DNA of 63,786 nucleotides, the filler included, from Catajapyx aquilonaris (Eukaryota): the NCBI GenBank assembly GCA_000934665.2. It is 3 parts of 3 records of this genome, joined end to end, with 100 filler letters (N's around TTAATTAATTAA, not from the genome) between each part and the next. Parts side by side here need not be neighbours in the genome. Positions count along the whole stretch, not along the records: positions 1 to 21,193 come from JYFJ02006114.1; 2 more parts are not named here. One strand, given 5' to 3'. A program made the position numbers and the translations under genes. The notes beneath the pieces are model-generated. The model did not search any database. It was not told the origin of the DNA and saw nothing but the letters and a program-made list of their open reading frames with translations. Within the stretch, counting starts at the first letter, position 1. The number at the start of each line of letters is the position of its first letter. Shown piece by piece: positions 1-13,100 of the stretch.

Positions 1-309
1 GTTCTCAAGATTATGCTTCAAAAGATAGTGTACATTAGAACTGCTTGTGGACTTTTAAAAGATGTGAAAAGACGCTGTGAAAAGTAGGGTTTAAAAAAAA
101 AACCTGGGGGGTCCGAAACTTTCCGTCCACCCTGTATTACACGCTTTATTCTGGACTGTTCTCTCTTTGCTACAACAAACAGGGTGACCAGAAGGGCCTC
201 TACACGTCCTTAAATCGCGACTTTTTTTTCCGCGACGGAAAAATGTACAAGTTACTCAGAAACCATGTTACATGGGTGGAAAACGCTATAGCTTCGCCAG
301 CAGAATTTT

Positions 310-582
310 TCAACGTTGCCGTGACATATATGTCACGCCCATCTTATAAGGGTTAATAGCAATTATTTGGCAACACCTGTCTGACAATATGTCTCTATAA
401 GCTGAAAATGACCTTTCGACATCACACGAAGTAACTGGATCATACTTGAAAAGTGAAATATCTTCTACAGTCAGTTCATCTGTCATGCCTACAGCTTTTT
501 CGCTATTCGCAGGTTGAAACGGGATGAGTGCCTTGAATGAAAATACGCAAAAACTCTCGAAAATCTTACAGAACGGCGTCAA
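310..582 (-). mobile_element. Degenerate hAT-type transposase remnant (C-terminal dimerisation region)
   Basis: ORF contains ISLFKYDPVTSCDVERSFSAYRDILSDR, matching the hAT C-terminal S.D.ER.FS dimerisation motif; no intact ORF around it. Confidence 0.65.
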
Positions 583-707
583 AACTGTGAAAATATTTTA
601 GTAATAGTAGACTATTTATGTCACAATATCCAAAATAGGCCATTTTAGGTTCCATAACACTACGATTTTTGGAGTTCTAGTGTTATGAAACTATATATTT
701 TGATTCC

Positions 708-942
708 ACCGAAGCAAGTTGGTGTGGTGGTTAAGGCGTCCGACTGTTAATCGGGAGGTCCTGGGTTTGAATCCCAGGGCCAGCAACCCTGACCGTGGTT
801 TTCTGTGGTTTCCCATGGTCCCCCCAGAATAATTCTGGGGTTGTTTCTGTATAATAGGCCACAGCTGCTTCCTTCCGTCCCTATCCCCTAATGGAGCGAC
901 GATTCTCCCAATTGGGTATCAATAAATAAACAAATTACAAAA
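708..942 (+). mobile_element. tRNA-derived SINE, family A
   Basis: Head ACCGAAGC...GGTGTGGTGGTTAAGGCGTCCGACTGTTAATCGGGAGGTCCTGGGTTTGAATCCC (A/B-box-like); body GGTTTTCTGTGGTTTCCC...AGGCCACAGCTGCTTCCTTCC shared with copies at 19631, 50478 and 60578; approximate TSD TTTTGATTCC. Confidence 0.85.
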
Positions 943-1185
943 TATTTTTTGATTCCGGTGTTCTGTCTACAAAATAAAAATAGGAAAAAACCTAGAAATC
1001 CGTTCTCTAGTAATTAATTATTTTTAAGAGATAGTCATTGATAATATAGAAGTAAAGCACATATGATGCAGAATTTAATTAAAAGTGAGGTGGTGGGTCA
1101 AGACATTTATAAGGCATTGACTGGACAGTTCTACAAGTAATATTTATATGTGCTTCTTTTATCAATTACTTTGCAACTTTTGCAG

Positions 1186-4100
1186 TAGTCCACAGTTCAG
1201 CCCTGCTTTCTCGGAACCACCTAGCCCGTGGCCGCCACAAGGAGAACATGAAGGAGAAGCACCATCATATAATCAACGCAGCATTTTGAAATGGGAGGCA
1301 GATGAATCTCTAGGAGCAAATGCTACAATATCAGCTGTGTTGTATGCCAATTTAAATTGCCCAGATCTCAAGAGAGAATATCCTAGTAAGTTCAAATTGC
1401 ACAGTTGGGTAGAGTCTAGGTACTAATTATTTTTGTTACAGCTTGGTCTGAACGAGTTAAACAGATTGCCAAAATTTGGCGCAGTCTGCCACCAGATAAG
1501 AGAGCTCCTTATCTGCAAAAGGCACGGGAAAACCGTGCAGCAAGTCGGATTCAGAAAGTACAGCAGGTGATGCCTTGCTTAGCATGTCTAATGAAATGGG
1601 CACATTTTAAATTATGACACATATCATTACAGGATCAAGAAAAACTGCTTCACCAAAAGAATCCAAGGGAAGTAGTAGAAGAGCGACAATGGAAACAGCT
1701 GCAAGCTATTCGTCATCAGCAGGCCCAGCAGCACCAAAGAGTCTTACAAGAACATCGCATACAAGGTGGTGGAAGTATGGATATCTTTTTTACTCTCTGT
1801 AGTGCAAGTCTAATTTCAGAATTTAATTATGACTTTCACCTTTAGGAAACATTTCCTATCTGTGTCGGTGTTGGTTGTTTGATCATACGACCACATAATC
1901 TATGATATTAAAATCCTTGCGGCGTTTGGTCGAGCCCTCTGATTAGTCTGCCCCCATATTGTTGCTGCCGCCGCTTCCGATTGGCCCGCGTTCATTGTTA
2001 CTGCCACGTATTGTTACCATGAACCTCCAATTGGCCTCGTTCCGAGCATGCGCAATGGGTGGAAGAATGCCACAGTCGCTTGCTGGACGTCAACGAGGAC
2101 ACATCTCTCCCGTGAAGACCCCTCCACATTTCCACCATCCTCCACCCATGTCTTCAAGGTGACCTCACAACAGGGGAGGGGGAGAGGAGAGGGGAAGGAG
2201 GAATGGCCGAATTGGAACTTCGTAAACAAACCGAACATAGGCTAGGTCGGGATGTTGTTTATCAGTGGTGCCAACTCCATGGACACTGAACCTGGGGATA
2301 GGCCGAGAACATCAAAAGAAAGTGTCGGAAAGAATGAAACCAGTGCTCTGATCATCTAATACAAACACTGCCGAGTTCCATGGATGTTTATAATAGGGGG
2401 GAGTTATGAGCAGTCAGAAAAACGTGGTCGGAAAGTGTGCATATAATTTAGGCACGTGCGCACGTGCATGCGAGTAGAAGCGGTAGAGGTTGTGAATTTC
2501 TGTTCATACAATAATTGGGGGCTTTAAAAATTCAAACGCTATTGGTATATTGAGGTGGGAAAATGCATATTTTCCAGCCAATGCAAAACAAAGGTGGGAT
2601 TGCAGATGGGTCGCAGGGTACGGAATCACGGACATGTGAATGCACGGAGGAACAGGTGGGGGTGTATGCATATGATTGGGAGATGGACATCATCATTGGC
2701 TCTAAGTCCGAAGCGATTAAAAATATGGTAGGCACTGCAGGCAGTAGGCCTAGAAAAAAGTGAGCGAATCGAGTGGTTTTCTACGTCGGCGCGATATAAA
2801 AATGTGAGAGTAGCGAGGGTTTTTCTAGACTGCGGACTATGTATAAGCCCTTCGATTGATCCGCCACCACTTTCCCATTGGCCTGCATTCTATGCATGCG
2901 CCATGGGGTGTAAACAGCATCTCTGGTGACTGGTGAGTTGCTTGGGAAACTGTCCTTTCCTTCTCTGTATAGGTGGAGTGGCGCTGCAGTAACGTGTGCG
3001 CCCACTGGTGGAAGGGTCCTGACCAGGGCGATTTGTAAAACAGCCTGAAATCGAAAGGTTCCCTCCTCAAGGGCCAATGTGGCCCATCACAGGGTAAATT
3101 AAATAATAATAAATAATAAATAAAAATTCACCAGAGGGAGTGGACAATCATATAGAATTATCTTGGATTATTTCATGAGTGGAATCCGCCTTTAAAAAAC
3201 CACATGCCTGTTGCAATAGGATGACATCATCATCTCGTGCATAGCGTATGAGGCGGTACATGGCTTCTCTCATGATGCAACAAAAGTTGGTATGTCTCGC
3301 AAGGATCAGCCCCATCTTGTGCATGAATTGAAAGCGAAACCGATGGTGCCTGATCCAGTGATTTTCACCTAGGGTGCTATTTTCAAACCACCACCCAAAG
3401 AGTGCAGAATCCAGCGGGAGACATAGCATTAATATCATCCAAGACTAGTGGCATCCACAAGGCAATGCACCCTCACAGGCCTTCCTCATTCAATGAGTAA
3501 CAATGAAAACATGTCAGCATGGGACCATACATTTGTAATTTTTCTTGCATCATAGAATGGTATAATGAGAGACACTTAATCCATATGTAGGGATAACTAC
3601 TTTTGGGAATTTTCACAATAAGAAGTGGAGCATGTGGCACATTTGGTGTTCAAACATACATTTTTGACCAAGTACGTCATTGTAAAATTTTGATCATCAA
3701 ATATGAGGCGCTTAGAACAAAAGTGGCTCAAGTCCAAAAATGCAATTTTCGAGATGGAACTGCCATCACATTCAGAGAACTACTCCCAAGCTGGTAAAAA
3801 AAATGGTATAAATCCTAAGTTGGATGTTTGGGCAGTAAATGACATGATGTCGTTTATGCTCCAAGGAGAGTTGCCTACCCCTTGGAGCAATCCTGGTGTA
3901 AGTCCCATACCAGCTGTTAAAAGGTGAATTCGTTTATGGCTGAGTGAAGCACTGGAGTGTAGCTCTAGCGCAGCCTGGTCACGTGTGTGATACGTCACAG
4001 TGGAAGAGGAAGGAGTAGAGCTACACCAGCCTTGCACCCTCCCGAACAAGCGTGCAGGTCGGAGCTACACTCGGGCTACACCTGACCCTTACTCTGGGAT

Positions 4101-7100
4101 AAACGAATGCAGTGCGCCAAGCCCCGCCCCTTTAGAGCAGCCCTGGTCATAAACGAATGCAGCACTCTCGCTGAGCTACAATATTGCTACACTATTGCTA
4201 CACTCAGCCATAAACGAATTCACCTAAAGATGGCCGATGAAGATCCAAGCGATATTTCTGGGGGCACCTCTATGGACAAAATAATATTGTGTATGACAAA
4301 TAATAAGTGTGTGGCTGTCAGTTTTGCCATTTTGAAAATTATGTTGTGAATTTGCGAATTTTAAATATTTGCTGAAAATTTCCTTCTCTTAAATTTTTTA
4401 TTGAAATTAATTTTTACTAAAATCGTTTTTGTTAAAATTGAGGAATGATCAAAGGAAATTTTATAAATACAGTTGAGACCAGATATAACAGCCTTGGCTA
4501 TAATGGCCTCGAAAGGACGGTCCCGGTATATTTCCATAATTATGGCTTGTGTACTCGGCTATAACAGACCTCCGTTATAACAAGACTGATTTCCACGGTC
4601 CCCTGAAGTCTATTAATTCCTGATTCAATTGTATTACACCCAGTCAACAATGGTGTAAGTCACATATGATTTTTTATCAATAAATCAGTTTTTTTTGTTA
4701 CAGTACCAATACAGTCAAATCCCTCTATAACGAAATTGAAGGGATGTATTTCCACCCACCCCTTGCTGCAATGTTGTACTGTTTCGCGATGTCTCCTTTC
4801 TTCTGCTTCGAATCCCCTTTTTTCAAAATTTGACGTTTTTCTTCCACGTTGAGACTCTTCCTCTTTGGTGCCATGCCGATAACTGCTTCTGAGTGAACTG
4901 TGCAAGAGTCGGACACTGACTGTGACTGAACAAACACCAGATGCAGGCCAAAGCCCTTCTCCTTTTCCGCTCGAGCCCTCATCCCACCTTTTAGGCAGAA
5001 ATGATAAGTCTGCGTCTGGGAATTCCGTTCCAGATGTGATTCGTTTTGCTGCTCAAATTTCCGATGAATTTTCCCAGGTTTTAACTACCTGCTTCCTTCC
5101 CTGGGGGGACCACGTGCTAGCAATAATTCAAGTGGGCATCTCTGAGTCACTGCATGACAGCCCTCCCCCCCTCCCAGAGAATCCTTTCCCTTCCATTAGG
5201 ACCCCAAATATCAACTTTTGGACGGAATGTGTGAAAAAGGTTGAATCCCGAACGCACAGATGGTGATTTATGGTCGTATTTGCCAACTTCTGCCCTTTTT
5301 TGGCCGAGAGGTGGGACTGGAGGAGCGGAATTTTTTAGTTATATGCGAACCGAAACTGAAAATCTGGTTAAAAGCGGATATTTTAAACATAGGTTTATGT
5401 GGGTCCTCAGACCGTCACAAATTTTCTTTCGTTATAAGCGGATTTTCATTATATCCGGATTCGTTATAGAGGGATTCGACTGTACATCTAAAAAAGACTG
5501 CCCTGTAAGGATTGACAATCTGACATAATATGGATGAAGACATATGAGGAGCTTGCCAGCAAATCCAGATAAATCCTATATATCGTCCCTGACAATCCAA
5601 TACCTCGTATCTCGCACTTTGGCCGACTTCCAGTTTTCCATGGTTTTGCAGTAGTCAATACAAGCCCCATCTGTTCAGTCAAGGAAACGTAATTAAGAGC
5701 TGTAAGGCTGGGGAAAAAATTAGGGATTTTCTGTTGTGTGCCAGTACTTTAAGAAATAGTTAGTATTTCCTTCTCCTGTAAAGTTGGGTTCTTCGTAGAT
5801 ACGAGATATTGGATTGCCAGCGACGATATGCAATTTTTCAGGAGTGGCAAATAAGGGATTAATCAATGCTGGTGGCAAAAGTGGCGGTGGAGTTGTCATG
5901 TACAGTATGCTATCGGGATGTTTTACTTCAATATGATTGTGATTGTTGGGTAGGGCATTGTTAAAAATGGATATATCTGATTTTGTATGGAAATCATGGC
6001 ATTTCAATAGTGGCCAACAGGTCACTAGCAGGGGAGTATCGGACCAATAATATCGATATGTCGCTCATCAAGACCGCTCTCTGATTGGTTTCCAATGGAT
6101 TCATCTGCTTTTGCTTCGGATATATCTGGGTCTGCTTGAAAGGGCAATTTTCTCATGGCTCAGATTCGGTGGAAATGCCTGGTTTTTCTTGCAACTTCAC
6201 TTGAATGGAAAGGCATTCGGTGGAGCAGGCCTCCTGCGTTGCCAGATTATTTTCGCGCCGGAGTGGATTTATCTGGATTTGCTAGCAAGCTCCTCATATG
6301 ATTTCCCTTTTTTTCTATGACCTTTCAACCTTGCAGGCATATTATCCCAACTTGAGCTTTTTGGACTTGGGCCACTTTTGTTCTAAGCGCCTCATATCTG
6401 TTATTAAAGGGTCGCAGTAGTTTTCATTAGTAGGTAATTCACCATAACCAGGACAACAATGGTGACTTTATTCCAGGTTTTTAAAAAAATCATATAGTGT
6501 TATTGGGGAGGCGAAGTGGTGTTGCGGTAACGTACACGCCCACGGATGTAAGGGTCCCGGGTTCGATACCAAGCCCGGGCATCCCCTCCTTCATCTCGTG
6601 CAGAGTTGGGTTGTCTCTGGCTTCGTCTTGGATGGGATTCCTTGAGACTAACCACCCGGGGGAGTTCACAAAATGACCGTTAGAGACATTGCACATCCCC
6701 TCCTACTCATCCCCCCTTCGCTCGCGGTACCCAGGCATTACGGAAAAGGACCACTTGTAAAGCTTGTACATCTGTAGAATAATAAAGGTACCGTGCCAGA
6801 TGCCCAAGAAGGACGGTGCACTAAACCCTAATTATTATTATATAGTGTCATTGCTTTATTAAATAAAATAATGCAATCATGATTTTAGGGAATTCCACGG
6901 TAACTGACGCAACACCTGGACAAGATTCATGCTGCATTTATGTTTATTGCAATGGCAAATGTTAATGGAAAAGGAATTTAAAATTATTCCCATGTGGCTG
7001 CCTCCTGGTAGCTTATTGCCATATTTTTGTTATTTTGCAACAGTAACTTGAATGGACTCTGTAAAATGTTAATGTAATGTAACTGATGGAACATGAAAAA

Positions 7101-10100
7101 GACAAGCTCTTTGGGGGTTGCTGTAGTGACATGAAACCCTATGCCCTGAATGTGTTTAGAAGTAATGTTACAACTGATGTCATCTACACTGGAGGAGCAA
7201 TTTTGTGATTATCTTAGACCACACCTATTCATGTTCATGTTTTCAGGAGAAATTAAGATTAACGTAACTGACGCAACAAACAGTCCAAAGTTGCGTCAGT
7301 TACAACTATTATATCTTGACTATTCCATGGTTCTGCTACTACCTGGTAGCAGGAAGTTGCTCTACCTACTTCATCTGACAAAATGACATAATGATCTGCT
7401 TTCAATAAGCGATCACACCCCACAATAAGCGATTTCATTTTTGGATCACGTCTCTGTTGCTGTCTAATTACCCTTTTCTTAACTCTTTACCTACTGCTGC
7501 TACCACCACTTGACTCATGCATAACTTAATCATATTTAAAAAATTCAATATCTCACCAAGGCGACGTGTTAGCCACATGCCGCGTATATAATTCGTACCA
7601 CACTGAATCGCTGCTCCCGCCAGATCTATTGCGCAGCTCACATAATCTAGGCAGGTCATAACATAACAGCTTGTAGCGGTGAAATTTACAGGTTCGAAGA
7701 ACGCTTATATGCAAAATATCACTTAGAATCCTATCTAAATCATTTCTAAATCATTTCTAAAGTCCCAGAATTGAGCTAGAATTCATACAATCTCTGTAGC
7801 TGCGCATAGAACTCTTTCCGATGTGGCCCCCGGAAGACGACATCATCCGAAAAAGTCCGATAAAGCACTTGAGCATGTGATTTTTGTGTTGAATTCTGTG
7901 TTTTTTGCTTGTGAATATGCCGAAAACTGCATTCATTTATGATGATAATTTTTGTTGCAAAAAATTCTCGAAATTTTTGTCGGAAATTGTCAGTTGAGGA
8001 CAGACACGGTGGTTAAAGAGTTAAGTCAAATTCTAAATTGTCAATCCTCCATTACTTAAATGTTTTGACATGAAATGACATATGTCACGGTAACCAAGGG
8101 CAGGTACCTGAGAAGACAATCATACTGCCCATGTTTGAGAATGCTGAGCCTTGCCACTGGTCTTGAAACTATTTTCTCTGTTGCCATTGCAGCCATTGTT
8201 CAAGTACAGCGGCAGCTGACGGAGGAGGGACCTGAACTCTCCGAACAAGTACCTCCTCCTGTTCTAAATCAACTTCAGGTGACAGCACCACAGGTACATT
8301 ATCACAAAAATTTTATTCTTTTACTGCATTTCAATGGACCTCTTTTATTTTCAACTTTCACTCATAAGTCTCTTAGACCTAAGCAGCATACCGTATTACC
8401 TCACATAAAGCGGCATGCCAGTGTAGCCGAGGTTGACCAGTTTTTAGAAATGCACGATCTGGTGGCTATACCGGCATGCTGGTAAAGGGCAAGGTATGCT
8501 GGTGTGTATCCCACACAACACACATGTCCGCGGGACCGCCTGCGGACGTCGCTTAAATCCCACATTCATCCCGGATAATCGGGACGTCCGCAGTACGTCC
8601 TAGGGATGAAAGACTGTGATGTCCTATGGACGTCCCCCACAAGATATCCCAGGACCATCCCGCAAGTCCCGGTCTTGTCCCGCCGGACGATTGGAACGTC
8701 CAGAGGACGTCTACAGCGAGGCTACATATACTCGCCCATTCGAATGGGCAGGTTGTATATGTAAATGGCATATGTAATCAAAATACGTTGTACACCCATT
8801 CGACATCACTGATAATATGTATACATACCACCTAATATAATATTAATAAGGGTGCTACTGATTAAGAACTGCTTTGCATATCTGAGCAGCAAATAGGATA
8901 TACAAGGTGTTTCAGAGTCATGGGTCAAGCGCACGCGAGGGGGTGGGGAAAAATCGTAGGTGATGACAACCCCTGTGGGTTTTATAAAACAATTACAAAT
9001 ACGGCAGTAATCAATTTATTTATTACGGCAGTACGGCGTGATGTCACATCCTTTCTGTATTCGAATTGACCGGTGCGGACTGGCAGATTCAGTGGTTTGA
9101 ACCTGGTTGAACAGGTTTTTAGCCTTGCGGGTTGCACTGAAAAAGGCGCTCTCATGCTACACCGGCAGGGTACTGAACACACCACGTTGTACAGTACCAT
9201 GCCGGTGTAGCATGAGAGTGCCTTTAACGCACTAACTCTGCTGGTTGCCATCCTGCCTGCACTTCATCAGGACCTATACGTACTTGCCCGTTATTAACTA
9301 TAATAACCCCCATGGTGAGTGCTTTTTGTTTCTGGTGGCCCATTCGGGGCAGTGGCAAATCAATGCACATGTCATCCCGCGGAGGTCCACAGGACGTGCG
9401 TGTGATGTCGATTCCGGTCCCCATGTCACTCAGGTGACGTACCAAATCAATGCACATGTCATCCCGCGCAAGTTCACGGGAGGTGCACGGGATGTCACAA
9501 TTTGGTCCCTATGTGATCAGGGGGATGTCCATTGGGCCATCCCAGGGACTTTCCAGGGACGTCAAAACTTTTCCAGTTCGTGATTCCTGGACTGTCCCAG
9601 GGACCTCCACATCTGGATCTTGGACCTCCCTTGGACGTCCCTTTATCCCAATGTGTCATTCCTGGGACATCCGAGGTACGTCCTTGTGTTGTATGGTTAA
9701 GGAGAGGTTTTCACTTTTTCAAATGAAACCTTTCATTTTTCAAACATGTCTGTATTATTCTTACTATAAATACCTACCAATGTGTCTGAGGCACGTCTGA
9801 AGTATACCGTAGAACCAGCTACTGAGCAATGCAAAGCGCGAAGGACTGCGAGAGTTGGCCTGGATCCATTGTGTTGGAGTAGGGGTTATCCTTCTCTAAG
9901 CAGACTGACGATGGGATTGGTCACACACTAAGCACTGTGCAACAGAACTTGCATATTCTCACAGCCCTGTGCACTCGCCCATTTTCATTGTAACATAATT
10001 TCAGTACGGTAATAGAAGCGTTCCATTAAAAAATGACAAGGATCAAAATTACGGAAATCTACCTCGGTTATTGGCAAGAATATGCCCTGGCTGATAGAGC

Positions 10101-13100
10101 AAGTCTCGACGATTCAAATGATATTTTAAATCGATAGTTTATTAGACCCCAAACCTCCTCAAGAGATTCCACCCGAAAATGAGTGTAAATGATAATTCAA
10201 TAGCTTTAAAATAAATAAATAACGTTTGTAAATGCCAATTAGCTGGTGGCAGGCCACTGCGCAACTCCCGGCTGGCCTCCGTCTGGCCTCCGTCTGGATG
10301 GAGGGGTGCATGCCCCACGGGGTTGTTGAACAGCTGTGGCGCAAGGGAGGTTTCCACTCTGGAGCGTGTGTGTGTTTATTACTGTAGCTCGCCTAGCAGG
10401 CCTGTGCCGTAATTCATGCTATGTGCTTATGTACTCCTTTGTTCAGCGGTGCCAAGGCTACATACCGATATACTTTGTGTCAAGCAGGCAGAGTGACAAA
10501 ATATTGGAGTAGGCGCGAAACATTCCCCCTGCGCCACCTTGTTGTGCATTTGAGAATTTCCACTGCGTATGGTATGAGAGGAGGGTCACAAAGATGGCCT
10601 CAGGATCAAGCCTGGACACTTAAACGAACTTATTCACTTGTGTATTTACGTCTTGTCCCCCAAGTGACAAAGCAAGCAAATTTTTTGCAGATCCTTGATA
10701 AAACGCGAAAAACCACCCGTCTAATTAAGATTAAGCAAAAAAAATGGTGCATAAGAGTAGTATTTTTTCCAACCTGAATTTTCACCTGACTACTAGTTCT
10801 TATCAGCGAACCTACCTTAAGTCATGGAATCGTTAATTGTTAAGCTTGATGGAAAAATCCATTAAAAGTGTTGAACACATTTTCCTAGCACTCATAGAAT
10901 GCCACTTCGTAAACCCAATTCTTTTTCACAAACATCTAAATTCTGTTGATGTCTTAAGAGCTTCTTCATATGTTTTTCTGTAGCTATGATGCAAATTTTG
11001 GCAGAGCATTTGCGTATAGAAACTGGTAATTTTATTCCAGGAACATTCATCACCACCGCAGTCATCTCCCCACCCACAAGCTTCCCCTGGCGCACAACCA
11101 GTCTTTACACCACCTGTCCAAGTCTCTCGTGTGTGCCCACCAACTCTGGAAGTGCCATCTGGAGCCATCTATAATTCCAACCAAAGCCAGGAATTTCACA
11201 ACGTAAATGTTGACTTGACATCTCGAACACCATGCCCTCAAGATTCTTACTCCCGAATACCCTTTACGCCACGCCCGGCAACACCACAGGAGCATTTTCC
11301 ACCCCATTCCCCAACAGTGGGTTCCCAGCTGCAGCCTCATCAACAAATCCTCTCGGAATCACAGCCGAGCAATCCACAGTTGCATGAAACGTTTCCATCG
11401 CATTGCCAGTCACCAACTTCATCGACTCCACGAGTGCAGGTGTCCTCACGGGAGTTAGACCCATATGCCAAAATGCCTGCCACTGTCCATGCAGACCATT
11501 TTAATTCTCCCACACCAGTTACGTCAGATCGGCTTGTGCACACATCTCCATCTGAGTCAAATGAAAAAATGGACATTTACAAAAGCAAATCTCCAGTGAC
11601 ATCTCCAGTCATTGTGCCACCCACTTCTTCATCTGGAGATGTCATCGACATAGCAGCGAAAGTCCACATGCCTTCTGGACAGAGTTCTGGTCCTGAGATA
11701 GCTCGTCAGCAGCTGCGGGACTTGTTGCAGAGACAGCAGTTGAAGAAGATTGAGCAGGAGCAAGTAGTAGAAGGTCATCCACGGCAATGGGAGCAAGGTT
11801 GGGAGATGTTGTGATATTATTGTTTCTAATTTTGAGTGAAATCATTTTTGTGTATAGTCTCCTCTCTACCAGACTTCTGTGTAAACCACTTAATTATTTT
11901 GTTTTTGTGATGGTGGTTTCCCATTAAACATGTAGTCCGGTCCCTAAGTGTTTTAACTTTGCACTTTGTGATAAAAAGGTGCCACTCACTTGTTAGTACA
12001 CATGTTCCCTAGGCATATAGGATTCATTTGATAGTTGGTGGCACCTGATTAGCCTAAGATTTCTGAAATTACAGTAAAACTTCTATAAGTCGAATGTCCA
12101 TGGGACCGGAAAAAAACTTCGAGTTATAGAACATTCGAGTTAGAGAAGTTTGGATTTTTTGAAGCACATAACTCTATAAGGAAGTCTATACCTTTATATC
12201 CAGCGACGAAAGGTGTTCAAAACTTAAAAATAACTGTCACTATCACACTTACAATGTTCCTCATTGTTTTGTTGAAAAAAAATCTCCGATATGTACATTT
12301 GCCAACTCTTAGATTCAAGGATTCAATTGTCACAATCGAGTCAAACACTTCTTTCGGTACGTCTGGTAGACGGAGATCAGGAAATTGAGCCTTTCTGTGC
12401 ATGTTGCCTACTCTCGACCCTTTGGCTGGGAAATGAGACATTTTCCGTACTCGCCAACATGAACTTGGACTTAGGGAGACTGAAAATGCATTGATATCCC
12501 ATCGTAAGGTCCTGCCAGAACTTCGAGTTATGGAGAACTTCGAGTTATAGAAATTCGAGTTAGGGAAGTTTATTTCCTATTCTTTTACATTGTGACCAAC
12601 CAAGCTCGTCATTTTCTTCGACTTAGGGAACTTCGACTTAGGGAACTTCGACTTAGGGAACTTCGACTTAGGGAACTTCGACTTATAGCAGTTTTACTGT
12701 ATATATATATGAAGAGCACAGGGGAAAAACGGGGAATGTCAAATTCCATTGGGGTTCCTGCCAAGTGCACAGTACAATAGTGTCATAGGTGACACTTATA
12801 CCTGGAGGCTTTCTATGGGTACAAGGGTGACAGTTGCATATAATGACGTGAAGATATCCCTATTATTCTTTAGACACGTGAAGAAATAAAGCTATTTCTT
12901 CGATTTTTCATTGACATTTTTTGTGTGACATTCCCCGTTTTTCCCCTGTGCTCTTCATATGAATTATGGATTTGATGATTCTTTACATCTTTTAAATGCT
13001 TATTTGCATTAATTTTGTAACAGACAAAGTGACTCAAGAGGAGAGCCTGCATCCTACAGTTCCAACAGCATCATACAGCCCAGGCCTTCCTCAGGCTGAA

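Larger units (their letters stand above)
3705..6393. mobile_element. Non-autonomous DNA transposon (Sola-like termini) hosting nested insertions
   Basis: TIRs GAGGCGCTTAGAACAAAAGTGGCTCAAGTCCAAAAA / TTTTTGGACTTGGGCCACTTTTGTTCTAAGCGCCTC, flanked by ATAT on both sides (4-bp TSD, GAG...CTC ends). Superfamily call is inferred. Confidence 0.75.

Noticed and set aside
718..790. tRNA-Asn(GTT)-like sequence as a real tRNA gene
   Set aside because: It continues into a repeated SINE body, has a TSD, and other copies vary at the anticodon; it is a SINE head.
12616..12684. 15-bp repeats as a CRISPR array or LRE-repeat protein
   Set aside because: No spacers, eukaryotic context, and the array abuts a MITE TIR.
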